This document shows positions 1 through 11,946 of a DNA stretch of 36,528 nucleotides, piece by piece (the first letter of the stretch is position 1; the number at the start of each line of letters is the position of its first letter). Origin of the DNA: Streptosporangiaceae bacterium (GTDB taxonomy: Bacteria > Actinomycetota > Actinomycetes > Streptosporangiales > Streptosporangiaceae); NCBI GenBank assembly GCA_036495525.1, contig DASXMR010000138.1, positions 1 through 36,528 of the forward strand, written 5' to 3'. A program made the position numbers and the translations under genes. The notes under the pieces were generated by a model, which saw nothing but the letters and a program-made list of their open reading frames with translations, was not told the DNA's origin and did not search any database.

Positions 1-1065
1 GTGCTGCTGATCGGCCCGCTGCTGGCGCTGACCGGCGAGGCGTTCGTGCCAGGCGTCGGCGGTGACCAGATCGGCGCCCGCCCGGTGGACTTCCACCTCG
101 CCGCGCTGCAGGCGATGGGGGCGGAGATCACCGCGCACGAGCACGGCATCCACGCCAAGGCGCTGCGGCTGACCGGCGCTCGCATCACGCTGCCCTACCC
201 AAGCGTCGGCGCGACCGAGTCGGTGCTGCTCAGCGCGGTGCTGGCGGAGGGCCGCACGGTCATCGCCAACGCCGCGGTGGAGCCAGAAGTGATCGAACTG
301 GCGCTGTTCCTGCAGCGGATGGGCGCCGGCATCGAGCTGCAGCCAGACCGGCGGATCATCATCGAGGGCGTCGAGCGACTGCACGGCGCCACGGTCAGGC
401 TGCAGGGCGACCGGCTTGAGGCCTTCAGCTACCTGGTCGCCGGGCTGCTGACCGGCGGGCACGTCCGGGTGCACGGCTGCGCCCAGGAGCGGCTGGTGAC
501 GGCCGTCAACACGCTTCGCCGGATGGGCGCCGACCTGGGCATCGCCGATGGGTACCTGTCTGCTTCGGCGCCGGACGGGCTGCGCTCAGCCGCGGTGCAC
601 ACCGACACCCACCCGGGCTTCATGACCGACTGGCAGACACCGCTGCTGGTGCTGATGAGCCAGGCCAAGGGGCTGTCGGTGCTGCACGAGACGGTGTTCG
701 AGAACCGGTTCGTCTACGTCCCGGCGCTGAACCGGCTCGGCTGCGAGATCGAGCTGTTCCCGACTTGCCTTGGCGGTAACTCCTGTCGCTTCCACGACGC
801 GAACTACCTGCATTCCGCTGTGGTCCGCGGCCCGTCCACGCTGGTCGGCGCCACCGTGGACGTGCCCGACGTGCGGGCCGGGTTCTCCTCGGTCATCGCC
901 GCCTCGATCGCCGAGGGCCCGTCCGTGCTGATGGACGTCGCCTCGCTCGAACGCGGCTACGACGAGCCGTTCGAGCGGCTGCAGTCCATCGGCATGGCTA
1001 TCTCCAGGATCGAAGTGCCGGACACCGGCGGGGACAACGGCTCGCCAAGCACAGACGCCGGCTGA
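1..1065 (+). CDS. murA: UDP-N-acetylglucosamine 1-carboxyvinyltransferase (MurA), 5'-partial. The gene continues upstream of the window.
   Basis: Translation aligns along its length with the MurA/EPSP-synthase fold, e.g. IGARPVDFH, the ENRF motif, and the C-terminal ERGYD..E..L..GA region. The ORF is open at position 1. High GC3. Confidence 0.85.
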   Translation: MLLIGPLLALTGEAFVPGVGGDQIGARPVDFHLAALQAMGAEITAHEHGIHAKALRLTGARITLPYPSVGATESVLLSAVLAEGRTVIANAAVEPEVIELALFLQRMGAGIELQPDRRIIIEGVERLHGATVRLQGDRLEAFSYLVAGLLTGGHVRVHGCAQERLVTAVNTLRRMGADLGIADGYLSASAPDGLRSAAVHTDTHPGFMTDWQTPLLVLMSQAKGLSVLHETVFENRFVYVPALNRLGCEIELFPTCLGGNSCRFHDANYLHSAVVRGPSTLVGATVDVPDVRAGFSSVIAASIAEGPSVLMDVASLERGYDEPFERLQSIGMAISRIEVPDTGGDNGSPSTDAG

Positions 1066-1078
1066 CAAGCCCGGACGC

Positions 1079-1160
1079 CAGCTCGCCAGGACCGGACGGC
1101 CGCTGACCAGCCAGGAAGCAAGCTCGCCAGGACTGGACGGCCGCTGATCAGCCAGGACGC
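1079..1160. repeat. Tandem duplication of about 41 nt (two copies) between the convergent murA and DUF349 genes.
   Basis: agctcgccaggacYggacggccgctgaYcagccagga occurs twice in tandem. Confidence 0.7.
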
Positions 1161-1179
1161 CGCCGGGACCACGACTCAA

Positions 1180-1196
1180 CCGGCCGGGGCGGCCGG
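1180..1196. terminator. GC-rich hairpin (CCGGCCG-GGG-CGGCCGG) between convergent genes: a candidate bidirectional terminator without a U-tract.
   Basis: Perfect 7-bp stem with a 3-nt loop, located between the two stop codons. Confidence 0.35.
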
Positions 1197-1202
1197 CAGC
1201 GG

Positions 1203-2441
1203 TTAGCTGGACAGCTCGGCCAGCGTGCGCTCGGCCTCGGCGAGCCACGACTTGCGAGCGTCAAGCGCCTCCTGCGCCTGCTGCTCCGCGCGCTCGTCGC
1301 CCTTCTCCCGCGCCGTCACGACCTGCTTCTCCAGCGACGTGATGGCGGTGTGCAGCTGCTCGACCGCGCCCCTCGCCCTGGACTGCGCCTCGGGGTTGGA
1401 CCGCTTCCAGTGCGCTTCCTCGGCTTTGCGTATCGCGTCCTCGACCCGGCGCAGGCCGCCTTCCAGCCGGTCCTGCTCATCGCGCGGGACCGGGCCTGCC
1501 TGCTCCCAGCGGTCGTGGATGCCGCGCAGCGTCGTGCGTGCCGCCCGGTGATCGGTCACCGGCAGCAGCCGCTCTGCCTCGGTCAGCAGGCCCGACTTCA
1601 CCACGGCGTGCTCGCGCAGCGTCGCGTCCTTGGCCGAGAACGCCGCCGACCTCGCCTGGAAGAAAGTGTCCTGGGCGGCCTTGAACCGGCCCCACAGCTC
1701 CTCCTCGGCCCCCCGGTCGGCGCGCCCGGCCTCCTTCCAGGAGCGCATCAGCTCGCGGAAGGAGGCGGCCGTCGTCCCCCAGTCGGTCGATGACGACAGC
1801 CCCTCGGCTTGCGTGACCAGCTTCTCCTTGACGGTCCTGACCTGCTCGCGCTCCTGCTCCAGGCCGGCGAAGTAAGCCTTGCGGCGCTTGGTGAACGCGT
1901 TGCGGGCCGCGGACAGCCGCTTCCACAGCACGGTCTCGGCCTGCCGGTCGCCACGCGGCGCCGCCTTCCACTCGTCAAGCAGCTGGCGCATCCGCTCGCC
2001 GCTGGCCTTCCAGTGGGTCGCCTCCACCGCGATCCGCTCCGCCTCGGCGACGATGCGCTCCTTAACGTCGAGTGCTTCGGTGCGCGCGTGCTCCCTAGCG
2101 GCCTTGTGCTCCTCCCGCTTGTGGTCCACCAGCCCGGTGAGCGCCTCGAGCCGGCCGCGCAGGCCATCCAGGTCGCCGACCGCACGGGCTTCCGACAGCG
2201 TTTCCTGCAGCCGGGTGATCGTGGCCCTGGCGTGGGCGGGGGACAGGTCCGTGCTCCGCACCCGCTGTTCCAGGAGGCTGACCTCGGTCTCCAGCGACTC
2301 GAACTTGCGGGTGAAGAACGCGAGCGCCTCTGCCGGGCTGCCTGCCTGCCAGGAGCCCACCACCCGCTCGCCTTCGGCAGTACGGACGTAGACGGTCCCC
2401 TCGTCGTCTACCCGGCCCCACGGATCGTTGGCGGTGCTCAC
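1203..2441 (-). CDS. DUF349 repeat-containing protein of unknown function, 412 aa.
   Basis: Four or five internal repeats with the W..G...E..LW.RF..A.D.FF..R...F signature typical of DUF349. GTG start at 2439-2441 (minus strand), with GGAGG 7 nt upstream. Good codon bias. Confidence 0.75.
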   Translation of the reverse strand: MSTANDPWGRVDDEGTVYVRTAEGERVVGSWQAGSPAEALAFFTRKFESLETEVSLLEQRVRSTDLSPAHARATITRLQETLSEARAVGDLDGLRGRLEALTGLVDHKREEHKAAREHARTEALDVKERIVAEAERIAVEATHWKASGERMRQLLDEWKAAPRGDRQAETVLWKRLSAARNAFTKRRKAYFAGLEQEREQVRTVKEKLVTQAEGLSSSTDWGTTAASFRELMRSWKEAGRADRGAEEELWGRFKAAQDTFFQARSAAFSAKDATLREHAVVKSGLLTEAERLLPVTDHRAARTTLRGIHDRWEQAGPVPRDEQDRLEGGLRRVEDAIRKAEEAHWKRSNPEAQSRARGAVEQLHTAITSLEKQVVTAREKGDERAEQQAQEALDARKSWLAEAERTLAELSS

Positions 2442-2485
2442 CGCAAACCTCCTGCTCGGTACCTGACTGGAGCAGCGGTGCCTTG

Positions 2486-3346
2486 TCAGGTCTTCTCTAT
2501 TGTGACGCGCTCGATGGTGACTTTCTCCTTGGGATGGCCGTCACCTGCCCCGTTGGAGTTGTCGCTGCCGGCCTTCGCTACCTGCTGGATGAGTTTGAGC
2601 CCGCCGGTGATCGTGCCAAATGGCGTGTAATTGGGCTGAAGCGGACTGTTCTGGTAGACCAGGAAGAACTGACTACCGTTCGTGTTCGGCCCGGAATTGG
2701 CCATCGCCACCGTTGCGGTCTTGTACGTCGCCACGCCCGAGCTGCTCACCGTGCTCGCCAGCTTCGTGAGGTTCTCGTCGCTGAAGCTGTAGCCGGGCCC
2801 GCCAGTGCCCTTCCCGGTCGGGTCGCCGCACTGCAGCACGTAGATGCCCTGGGTGACCAGCCGGTGGCACGGGGTGTGGTTGAAGTACTTCTGCATGGCC
2901 AGCGAGACGAACGAGTTGACCGTGCAGGTCGCCTCGCTGTTCAGCAGCTTGATCTTGATGACGCCGCGGTTGGTGGTGATGGTCGCCTGGTAGCCGGCCT
3001 TGAAGTCAGGCTTGGCCGACGGCAGCTTGACCTTGCGCGCCGCCGTGCCGCCGGCGGTGTAGCTGCAGTGATGGGCCGGCTCTTGCACCACGGCGGCCGG
3101 CGACGCCGACGGGCTCGGCGCCGCGGAGCTCGGCGCGGGACTCGGCGGCGAAGCGGCGGCAGCTGCCGGGTGCGACGAGGGTTTGAACAGGAAGACGCCG
3201 CCAACGACGATCGCCGCGACCGCCACGGCGGCCAGCGCGCTGATGCCTAGCTGGCGGACCTTGCGGTCGTGCTGCGCCTGCTTGACGGCCCGGCGCTCGA
3301 GCCGCTCCCTGGCCAGCTTGCGCTGCCGCTCTCTCCTACCCGCCAC
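2486..3346 (-). CDS. ppiB: Membrane-anchored cyclophilin-type peptidyl-prolyl cis-trans isomerase, 286 aa.
   Basis: Basic N-terminus, one hydrophobic TM helix (ISALAAVAVAAIVVGGVFLF), a Pro/Ala/Ser linker, then a cyclophilin core (HRLVTQG..QCGDPTG.GTGGPGY.F.DE, MANSGPNTNGSQFF). Confidence 0.85.
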   Translation of the reverse strand: MAGRRERQRKLARERLERRAVKQAQHDRKVRQLGISALAAVAVAAIVVGGVFLFKPSSHPAAAAASPPSPAPSSAAPSPSASPAAVVQEPAHHCSYTAGGTAARKVKLPSAKPDFKAGYQATITTNRGVIKIKLLNSEATCTVNSFVSLAMQKYFNHTPCHRLVTQGIYVLQCGDPTGKGTGGPGYSFSDENLTKLASTVSSSGVATYKTATVAMANSGPNTNGSQFFLVYQNSPLQPNYTPFGTITGGLKLIQQVAKAGSDNSNGAGDGHPKEKVTIERVTIEKT

Positions 3347-3627
3347 CGGATGGCCTCCTGTTGCCGCATTGCCTGTTGCCGTACTGCATGGTTGCGATCA
3401 GCCCGTTTGCCATGTTCCTGCGATAAGCGAAACTGCGCGAATCGTACCGGCGCGGGCGCGTCAGCGCAGTCGGCTGTTATCTGTTCGGTGTCGTACCGGT
3501 TTGGCGCTGCAACCCGGCCGTCCGGCCAGCCCGCACGCCCGCCAGGCAAAGCCATCGGTAGCCTGTAACGCACATCGCGCTGCTGGCCGCTGGCCGCCGC
3601 GCGCGCCGGGCCGCCTGAGGAGGAATC

Positions 3628-4341
3628 GTGCTGGTCGCCGGGTTCCCGGCGGGGTCGTTCGCCGCCAACTGCTACCTGGTGGCGCCGGGACCGGGCGAGG
3701 AGTGCGTGATCATCGATCCGGGCCAGGACGCCGAGCAGTACATCGAGGACACCATCGAGCGGTACCGGCTGCGGCCAGTCGCCGTGCTCGCCACGCACGG
3801 CCACATCGACCACATCTGGTCCGTCGCGCCGGTCTGCGGCGCGCGGAACATCCCCGCCTACATCCACCCTGCTGACCGTGCCCTGCTCAGCGACCCGGCT
3901 CGCGGCCTGCCGCTGGCGCCCGGCCAGCAGCTGCTGCGCGGGCTGACGTTCACCGAGCCGGACGACGTGGCGGAGCTGACCGACGGGATGACGCTGGAAC
4001 TGGCCGGCCTGCGGCTGGTGGTCGACCACGCGCCGGGCCACACGCCCGGCTCGGTGACCTTCCGCAGCGCGGACGATCAGGCAGCCGACGCAGGCGAGAA
4101 GGAGGCGGGCGCCATCTTCACCGGCGACTTGCTGTTCGCCGGGTCGATCGGACGGACCGACCTGCCCGGCGGCGACTACCCGACGATCCTGCAGAGCCTG
4201 GCCAGGGTCTGCCTGCCGCTGCCGGACCAGACCGTCGTGCTGTCCGGGCACGGCCCGCAGACCACCATCGGCGCCGAGCGGGCAGGCAATCCGTTCCTGG
4301 CCGGGCTGGCGCCGGCCGGCGGGCCGGTCACCGGCCTGTGA
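3628..4341 (+). CDS. MBL-fold metallo-hydrolase (glyoxalase II-like), 237 aa.
   Basis: THGHIDH metal-binding motif and a C-terminal GD..F.G..GR.D.P.G motif. GTG start with GAGGAGG 5 nt upstream. Divergent from the PPIase gene. Confidence 0.8.
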   Translation: MLVAGFPAGSFAANCYLVAPGPGEECVIIDPGQDAEQYIEDTIERYRLRPVAVLATHGHIDHIWSVAPVCGARNIPAYIHPADRALLSDPARGLPLAPGQQLLRGLTFTEPDDVAELTDGMTLELAGLRLVVDHAPGHTPGSVTFRSADDQAADAGEKEAGAIFTGDLLFAGSIGRTDLPGGDYPTILQSLARVCLPLPDQTVVLSGHGPQTTIGAERAGNPFLAGLAPAGGPVTGL

Positions 4342-4444
4342 CCGGCATCAGCGCGGCGAGACGGCAGCACCGGTACCGGTCTCGTTCTGCCGGAGAATCT
4401 GACCTTTCATAAAGCCGGCAGCCGCCGGACAGGCAGGGAGAGCG

Positions 4445-6256
4445 ATGATCCGCACGCACGAAGCGGGCACGCTCCGCGGCGAGAACGCGGGGCAGCAGGT
4501 GACACTGGCCGGCTGGGTGGCCCGGCGCCGTGACCACGGCGGCGTCGTGTTCATCGACCTGCGCGACGCCAGCGGGGTCGTCCAGGTGGTGACCCGCGAG
4601 GAGGACGTCGCACACGACCTGCGGGCGGAATACTGCGTGCTGGTCACCGGCGAGGTGCGGCGCAGGCCGGCCGGGAACGAGAACCCGGAGCTGCCCACCG
4701 GCGGGATCGAGGTCGCCGCCGTGGCCATCGAGGTGCTCGCCGAGGCCGACCCGCTGCCGTTCCCGGTCGAGGGCAACGCCGAGCTGAACGAGGAAGTGCG
4801 GCTGCGCTACCGCTACCTTGACCTGCGCCGCGCGGAGATGGCCGCCGCGCTTCGCGCCCGCTCGCAGGCCGCCTACCTGGTCAGCGACGTGATGCGGGAC
4901 CACCGCTTCGTGAACGTCGAGACCCCGTTCCTGACCAGGTCCACCCCGGAGGGGGCGCGCGACTTCCTGGTCCCCGTCCGGCTGCAGCCAGGCAGCTGGT
5001 ACGCGCTGCCGCAGTCGCCGCAGCTGTTCAAGCAGCTGCTGATGGTCTCCGGGTTCGAGCGCTACTACCAGCTCGTGCGCTGCTTCCGTGATGAGGACTT
5101 CCGCGCTGACCGGCAGCCTGAGTTCACCCAGATCGACATCGAGATGTCGTTCGTGACCAGGGCCGACGTGATCGAGGTCGCCGAGGACCTGGTGGAGCGG
5201 CTGTGGTCGAAGCTGGCCGGCTACCAGGTGCAGCGGCCGATAGCGCAGATGAGCTACGCCGACGCGATGGCCAGGTACGGGTCCGATAAGCCGGACCTGC
5301 GATTCGGCTGCGAGCTGACCGACCTGACCGGCTATTTCGGGCAAAGCGAGTTCCGGGTGTTCCAGGCGCCGCACGTCGGCGCCGTGGTGATGCCGGGCGG
5401 TGCCTCGCAGTCACGCCGCGAGCTGGACGAGTGGCAGGAGTGGGCGCGCGCCCGCGGCGCCCGGGGCCTGGCCTACGTGCTGATCGGTGCCGACGGCGCG
5501 GTCACCGACGCCGGCCCGGTCGCGCGGCACCTGTCGGCCGCCGAGCGCTCCGGCCTGCCGGCCGCGGCCGGCGCCGCGCCAGGCGACTGCGTTTTCTTCG
5601 CGGCCGGCCAGGCCAGCGCGGCCCGCCAGCTGCTCGGCGCCGCCCGGCTGGAGATCGGGCAGCGCTGCGGCCTGATCGACCCGTCGGCCTGGGCGTTCAC
5701 CTGGGTCGTCGACGCGCCGATGTTCGAGGAGGTGGGCGAAGGCGGCTGGACCGCGGTGCACCACCCCTTCACCGCGCCGCTGCCGGAGTGGGCGGCCAAA
5801 TTCACCGCCGAGCCAGGCGGCGCGCTGGCCGACGCCTACGACATCGTCTGCAACGGCACGGAGATCGGCGGCGGCTCGATCCGGATCCACCGCCCCGACA
5901 TGCAGCAGCGCGTGTTCGACGTGATCGGGCTGTCCAGGGACGAGGCGCGCTCGCAGTTCGGGTTCCTGCTCGACGCGCTGCGCTTCGGGCCGCCGCCGCA
6001 CGGCGGGATCGCGTTCGGCTGGGACCGCATGCTCATGCTGCTGACCGCGCGTGACTCGATCCGCGACGTCATCGCCTTTCCCAAGGCGGCGTCCGGTCAC
6101 GACCCGCTGACCGGCGCGCCGACGCCGATCACCGCGGCGCAGCGCAAGGAGGCCGGCATCGACGCGAAGCCCGGCGGCGGCCAGCCCGGCGGGCCAGGCC
6201 AGCCGGCTGGCGGCCATCCGGGTGCTGCACAGCAGCCGGCAAAATCCAGGTCATGA
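4445..6256 (+). CDS. aspS: Aspartate--tRNA ligase, 603 aa, with a Gly/Pro/Gln-rich C-terminal tail.
   Basis: OB-fold anticodon-binding N-terminus and class II catalytic motifs ([25 protein letters not shown]). AGGGAGAG RBS before ATG 4445. Confidence 0.95.
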   Translation: MIRTHEAGTLRGENAGQQVTLAGWVARRRDHGGVVFIDLRDASGVVQVVTREEDVAHDLRAEYCVLVTGEVRRRPAGNENPELPTGGIEVAAVAIEVLAEADPLPFPVEGNAELNEEVRLRYRYLDLRRAEMAAALRARSQAAYLVSDVMRDHRFVNVETPFLTRSTPEGARDFLVPVRLQPGSWYALPQSPQLFKQLLMVSGFERYYQLVRCFRDEDFRADRQPEFTQIDIEMSFVTRADVIEVAEDLVERLWSKLAGYQVQRPIAQMSYADAMARYGSDKPDLRFGCELTDLTGYFGQSEFRVFQAPHVGAVVMPGGASQSRRELDEWQEWARARGARGLAYVLIGADGAVTDAGPVARHLSAAERSGLPAAAGAAPGDCVFFAAGQASAARQLLGAARLEIGQRCGLIDPSAWAFTWVVDAPMFEEVGEGGWTAVHHPFTAPLPEWAAKFTAEPGGALADAYDIVCNGTEIGGGSIRIHRPDMQQRVFDVIGLSRDEARSQFGFLLDALRFGPPPHGGIAFGWDRMLMLLTARDSIRDVIAFPKAASGHDPLTGAPTPITAAQRKEAGIDAKPGGGQPGGPGQPAGGHPGAAQQPAKSRS

Positions 6257-6327
6257 ACTCCACGAACGACTACTGCCGGTAACTGCCGGCCCGCCGCCGG
6301 CTGCCGGGCCGAGATACTGTCAGTGAC

Positions 6328-7755
6328 GTGCCAACGACAGGGCCGCCGCAGCGCGACAGCCTCTTCGACGCCGCGGCCGAAGAGGCGGCGCAAGCCGCTG
6401 CGCCGCTCGCCGTCCGGATGCGCCCGCGCACCCTCGATGAGGTCGTCGGCCAGCAGCACCTGACCAGGGACGGCTCGCCGCTGCGCAAGCTGGCCGAGCA
6501 CGACGCCGCGATGTCGCTGCTGCTGTGGGGCCCGCCGGGCACCGGCAAGACCACCGTCGCGTACGTGATCAGCGCGGTGACCAAGCGCCGCTTCACCGAG
6601 CTGTCCGCCGTGTCGGCCGGCGTCAAGGACGTCCGCGCCGCGATCGAGGCGGCGCGCCGCGAGCTCGGCCTGACCGGGACCCAGACGATCCTGTTCATCG
6701 ACGAGGTGCACCGGTTCAACAAGGCACAGCAGGACGCGCTGCTGCCGGCGGTGGAAAACCGCTGGGTCTCGTTCATCGGCGCCACCACCGAGAACCCGTT
6801 CTTCTCGGTGGTCGGGCCGCTGCTGTCCCGCTCGCTGCTGCTGACCCTGCGGCCGCTTGGCGACCAGGACATCATCACCGTGGTTGACCGCGCGCTGGCC
6901 GACGAGCGCGGCCTGGCCGGCTCGGTCAGCCTCGGCGACGGGGTGCGCGAGCAGCTGGTCCGGCTGGCCGGCGGCGACGCAAGGCGCGCGCTGACCTACC
7001 TGGAGGCGGCCGCGCTCGGCCTGCCCGACGGCGGGGTCATCGACCTGCCAGGCCTGGAGCGCGCAGTCGACCGCGCCGCGGTCCGCTACGACCGGGAAGG
7101 CGACCAGCACTACGACGTGATCAGCGCGTTCATCAAGAGCATCAGGGGCAGCGACGCGGACGCCGCGCTGCACTACCTGGCCAGGATGATCGAGGCCGGC
7201 GAGGACCCGAGGTTCATCGCCCGGCGGCTGATCGTGCACGCCAGCGAGGACGTCGGCATGGCCGACCCGACCGCACTGCAGACGGCCGTCGCCGCCGCCC
7301 AGGCGGTTGAGTTCGTCGGACTGCCCGAGGTCAGGATCAACCTGGCCCAGGCGGTGATCCACCTGTCCCTGGCACCCAAGTCCAACGCCGTGGTCAGTGC
7401 CATCAACGCGGCGGGCGCCGACGTGCAGGCCGGCCTTGCCGGGCCGGTGCCGAAGCACCTGCGCGACACCAGCTACCGCGGCGCCGCCCGGCTCGGCCAC
7501 GGCCGGGGCTACCAGTACCCGCACGACTTCGACGACGGCATCGTCAGTCAGGCCTACGCGCCGGAGTCCATCGCCGGCCGTCGCTACTACCAGCCGTCAC
7601 GGCACGGCGCCGAAGCCCGTTACGCCGACCGGTCCGAGTGGATCAGGGCAATACTGGCAGGCGGAGACGGGCACCCCGGCGACGGCAGCGCGCCAGCGGA
7701 CCACGATGACGGCACGAAGCCAGATGGCGCCGCCGGGCAGCGGGGGGAGCGGTAA
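6328..7755 (+). CDS. rarA: Replication-associated recombination protein A (RarA/MgsA AAA+ ATPase), 475 aa.
   Basis: Walker [10 protein letters not shown], Walker [13 protein letters not shown], and MgsA C-terminal domains. GTG start. Confidence 0.9.
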   Translation: MPTTGPPQRDSLFDAAAEEAAQAAAPLAVRMRPRTLDEVVGQQHLTRDGSPLRKLAEHDAAMSLLLWGPPGTGKTTVAYVISAVTKRRFTELSAVSAGVKDVRAAIEAARRELGLTGTQTILFIDEVHRFNKAQQDALLPAVENRWVSFIGATTENPFFSVVGPLLSRSLLLTLRPLGDQDIITVVDRALADERGLAGSVSLGDGVREQLVRLAGGDARRALTYLEAAALGLPDGGVIDLPGLERAVDRAAVRYDREGDQHYDVISAFIKSIRGSDADAALHYLARMIEAGEDPRFIARRLIVHASEDVGMADPTALQTAVAAAQAVEFVGLPEVRINLAQAVIHLSLAPKSNAVVSAINAAGADVQAGLAGPVPKHLRDTSYRGAARLGHGRGYQYPHDFDDGIVSQAYAPESIAGRRYYQPSRHGAEARYADRSEWIRAILAGGDGHPGDGSAPADHDDGTKPDGAAGQRGER

Positions 7756-7858
7756 GGTCGCTCCCGTAACATTGCGGCCGCTCGGCCGAGTCCGCGGCCA
7801 TCGCAACACATCTCGCCGCCCAGCCAGAAGGCCATTTATCCAGAAGGAGAGCCGGAGG

Positions 7859-8338
7859 GTGAACGCTGGCCAGCTCGCTGCCCTGATCGCAGCCGGATTC
7901 TGGGCGCTGCTCGTCTGCGCCGCGCTGTACGTGCTGGCCAGGCTCGCCCGGCTGATCTCGGCTGGCACCCGCCTGGTCACCGAGTACTCCGGCCGCACCG
8001 ACGAGTTGCTGACCAGCGCGCAGGCCGCGGTCGACCAGGCAGCCGAGCAGCTGGACCGTACCGGCGCGATCACCGCCAGCATGGACGACGTGACGGCGAA
8101 CATGGCCGAGCTGTCCGGCCACGTCTCCGGGCTCACCGGGCTGGCCAGGGAGCTGTCGGCCGGACTCGGCGGGCCCTTGTCGAGCATCCCGGCGGTCATC
8201 CACGGACTGCGCCGTGCGGTCGCGCTGCGCCGGGCAGCTGTCGTCCCCGGCACCGCGCAGCAGGTGGCGCTGCCCGGCCGCGGCCCATCGGCGCCAGCCG
8301 GACGAGCTAACACAGCGGCCAGGGGAGCGCGGCCGTGA
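7859..8338 (+). CDS. DUF948-like small membrane protein, about 160 aa.
   Basis: In-frame GTG at 7859 preceded by AGAAGGAGAG. One N-terminal TM helix followed by a coiled-coil-like segment. The longer ORF-track version (7397) overlaps rarA and is rejected. Confidence 0.55.
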   Translation: MNAGQLAALIAAGFWALLVCAALYVLARLARLISAGTRLVTEYSGRTDELLTSAQAAVDQAAEQLDRTGAITASMDDVTANMAELSGHVSGLTGLARELSAGLGGPLSSIPAVIHGLRRAVALRRAAVVPGTAQQVALPGRGPSAPAGRANTAARGARP

Positions 8339-8657
8339 TCCGCCGCGGCTTCTGGCTGACGCTCGGCGCTGCGCTCGGCGTGACCGGCTACCGGCGGATC
8401 GGCCGTCTGGCCGGCTCGCTGCGCCTGACCGGCCAGCACATGTCCGGCCGGGGCAGCTCAGGCCGCTCCGCGCGACGCCGCGGCACGGTCGGCCAGTTCG
8501 TCCGCGACATGCGCGACGGCATGGACGAGTACCTGGAGCAGCACCCGCGCGGCTGGTCACCTACCCTCGATGGTCAGCAGGCACGCACCCGCGCCGCGCT
8601 CGGCGAAGCTGGCCCGCGCACCCACCCGCACGCCCAACACCCGGAGGATGGCCGCTG

Positions 8658-8658
<1 letters not shown>
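8335..8658 (+). CDS. Small hypothetical membrane protein, 107 aa.
   Basis: Its GTGA start overlaps the upstream stop, and its own stop overlaps the alaS start as ATGA. One TM helix ([15 protein letters not shown]). High GC3. Confidence 0.5.
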
Positions 8659-11403
<2,745 letters not shown>

Positions 11404-11417
<14 letters not shown>

Positions 11418-11946
11418 GACCGTGCCGCAGCCTCATCGTCGCCGTTCTGAGACCTGGCAATCAGGGAATACTGCCTTGAGAACCGGGGCCAGGCTCGCTG
11501 TCGACGTCGGCACGGCGCGCGTCGGGCTGGCCCGGTGTGATCGCGAAGGCCTGCTGGCAAGTCCGCTCGCCACCATCCACCGTGGCAAAGGTGACCTGGA
11601 CAGCATCGCCGCCCTCGCTGGTGAGGAGGAGATCATCGAGGTCATCGTCGGCCTGCCGACCGGCCTGTCCGGCCGCGACGGCGCGGCGGCAGCGGCCGCC
11701 CGCCGTTTCGCCGCCGATCTCGCCGGTCGGCTGCGCCGCATTCCGGTGCGGCTAGTCGACGAGCGGTTCACCACCGTTATCGCCCACGACGCGCTGCGCC
11801 GGGGTGGCAGGGACTCGCGGCAGCGCCGTCACATCGTCGACCAGGCGGCTGCCGCGCTGCTGCTGCAGGATGCGCTGGACGCAGAGCGCGCCACCGGCGC
11901 GCCGCCGGGCGAGCTGGTCGGCGCGGCCACCGGCGGGCCCGGATGA
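11404..11946 (+). CDS. ruvX: Holliday-junction resolvase-like YqgF/RuvX (pre-16S rRNA nuclease), about 180 aa.
   Basis: [14 protein letters not shown] matches the RuvX N-terminal signature, with the acidic and C-terminal VDER.TT motifs also present. The start is uncertain: GTG 11404 overlaps alaS by 14 nt, and TTG 11476 is an alternative. Confidence 0.8.

Noticed and set aside
586-7524. Minus-strand ORFs 586..1248, 3247..4251, 4328..5374, 5411..6217 and 6097..7524, and + ORFs 3183..3875 and 5431..6054.
   Set aside because: All lie antisense to or out of frame with MurA, MBL hydrolase, AspS or RarA. Their translations are Arg/Pro/Gly-rich and match no domain I recognise.
8214-8657. Upstream extension of the alaS ORF to 8214 (the 1067-aa version).
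   Set aside because: It overlaps the DUF948 gene and the small ORF in another frame. AlaS homology begins at [10 protein letters not shown] (ATG 8658), which is coupled ATGA to the preceding stop.
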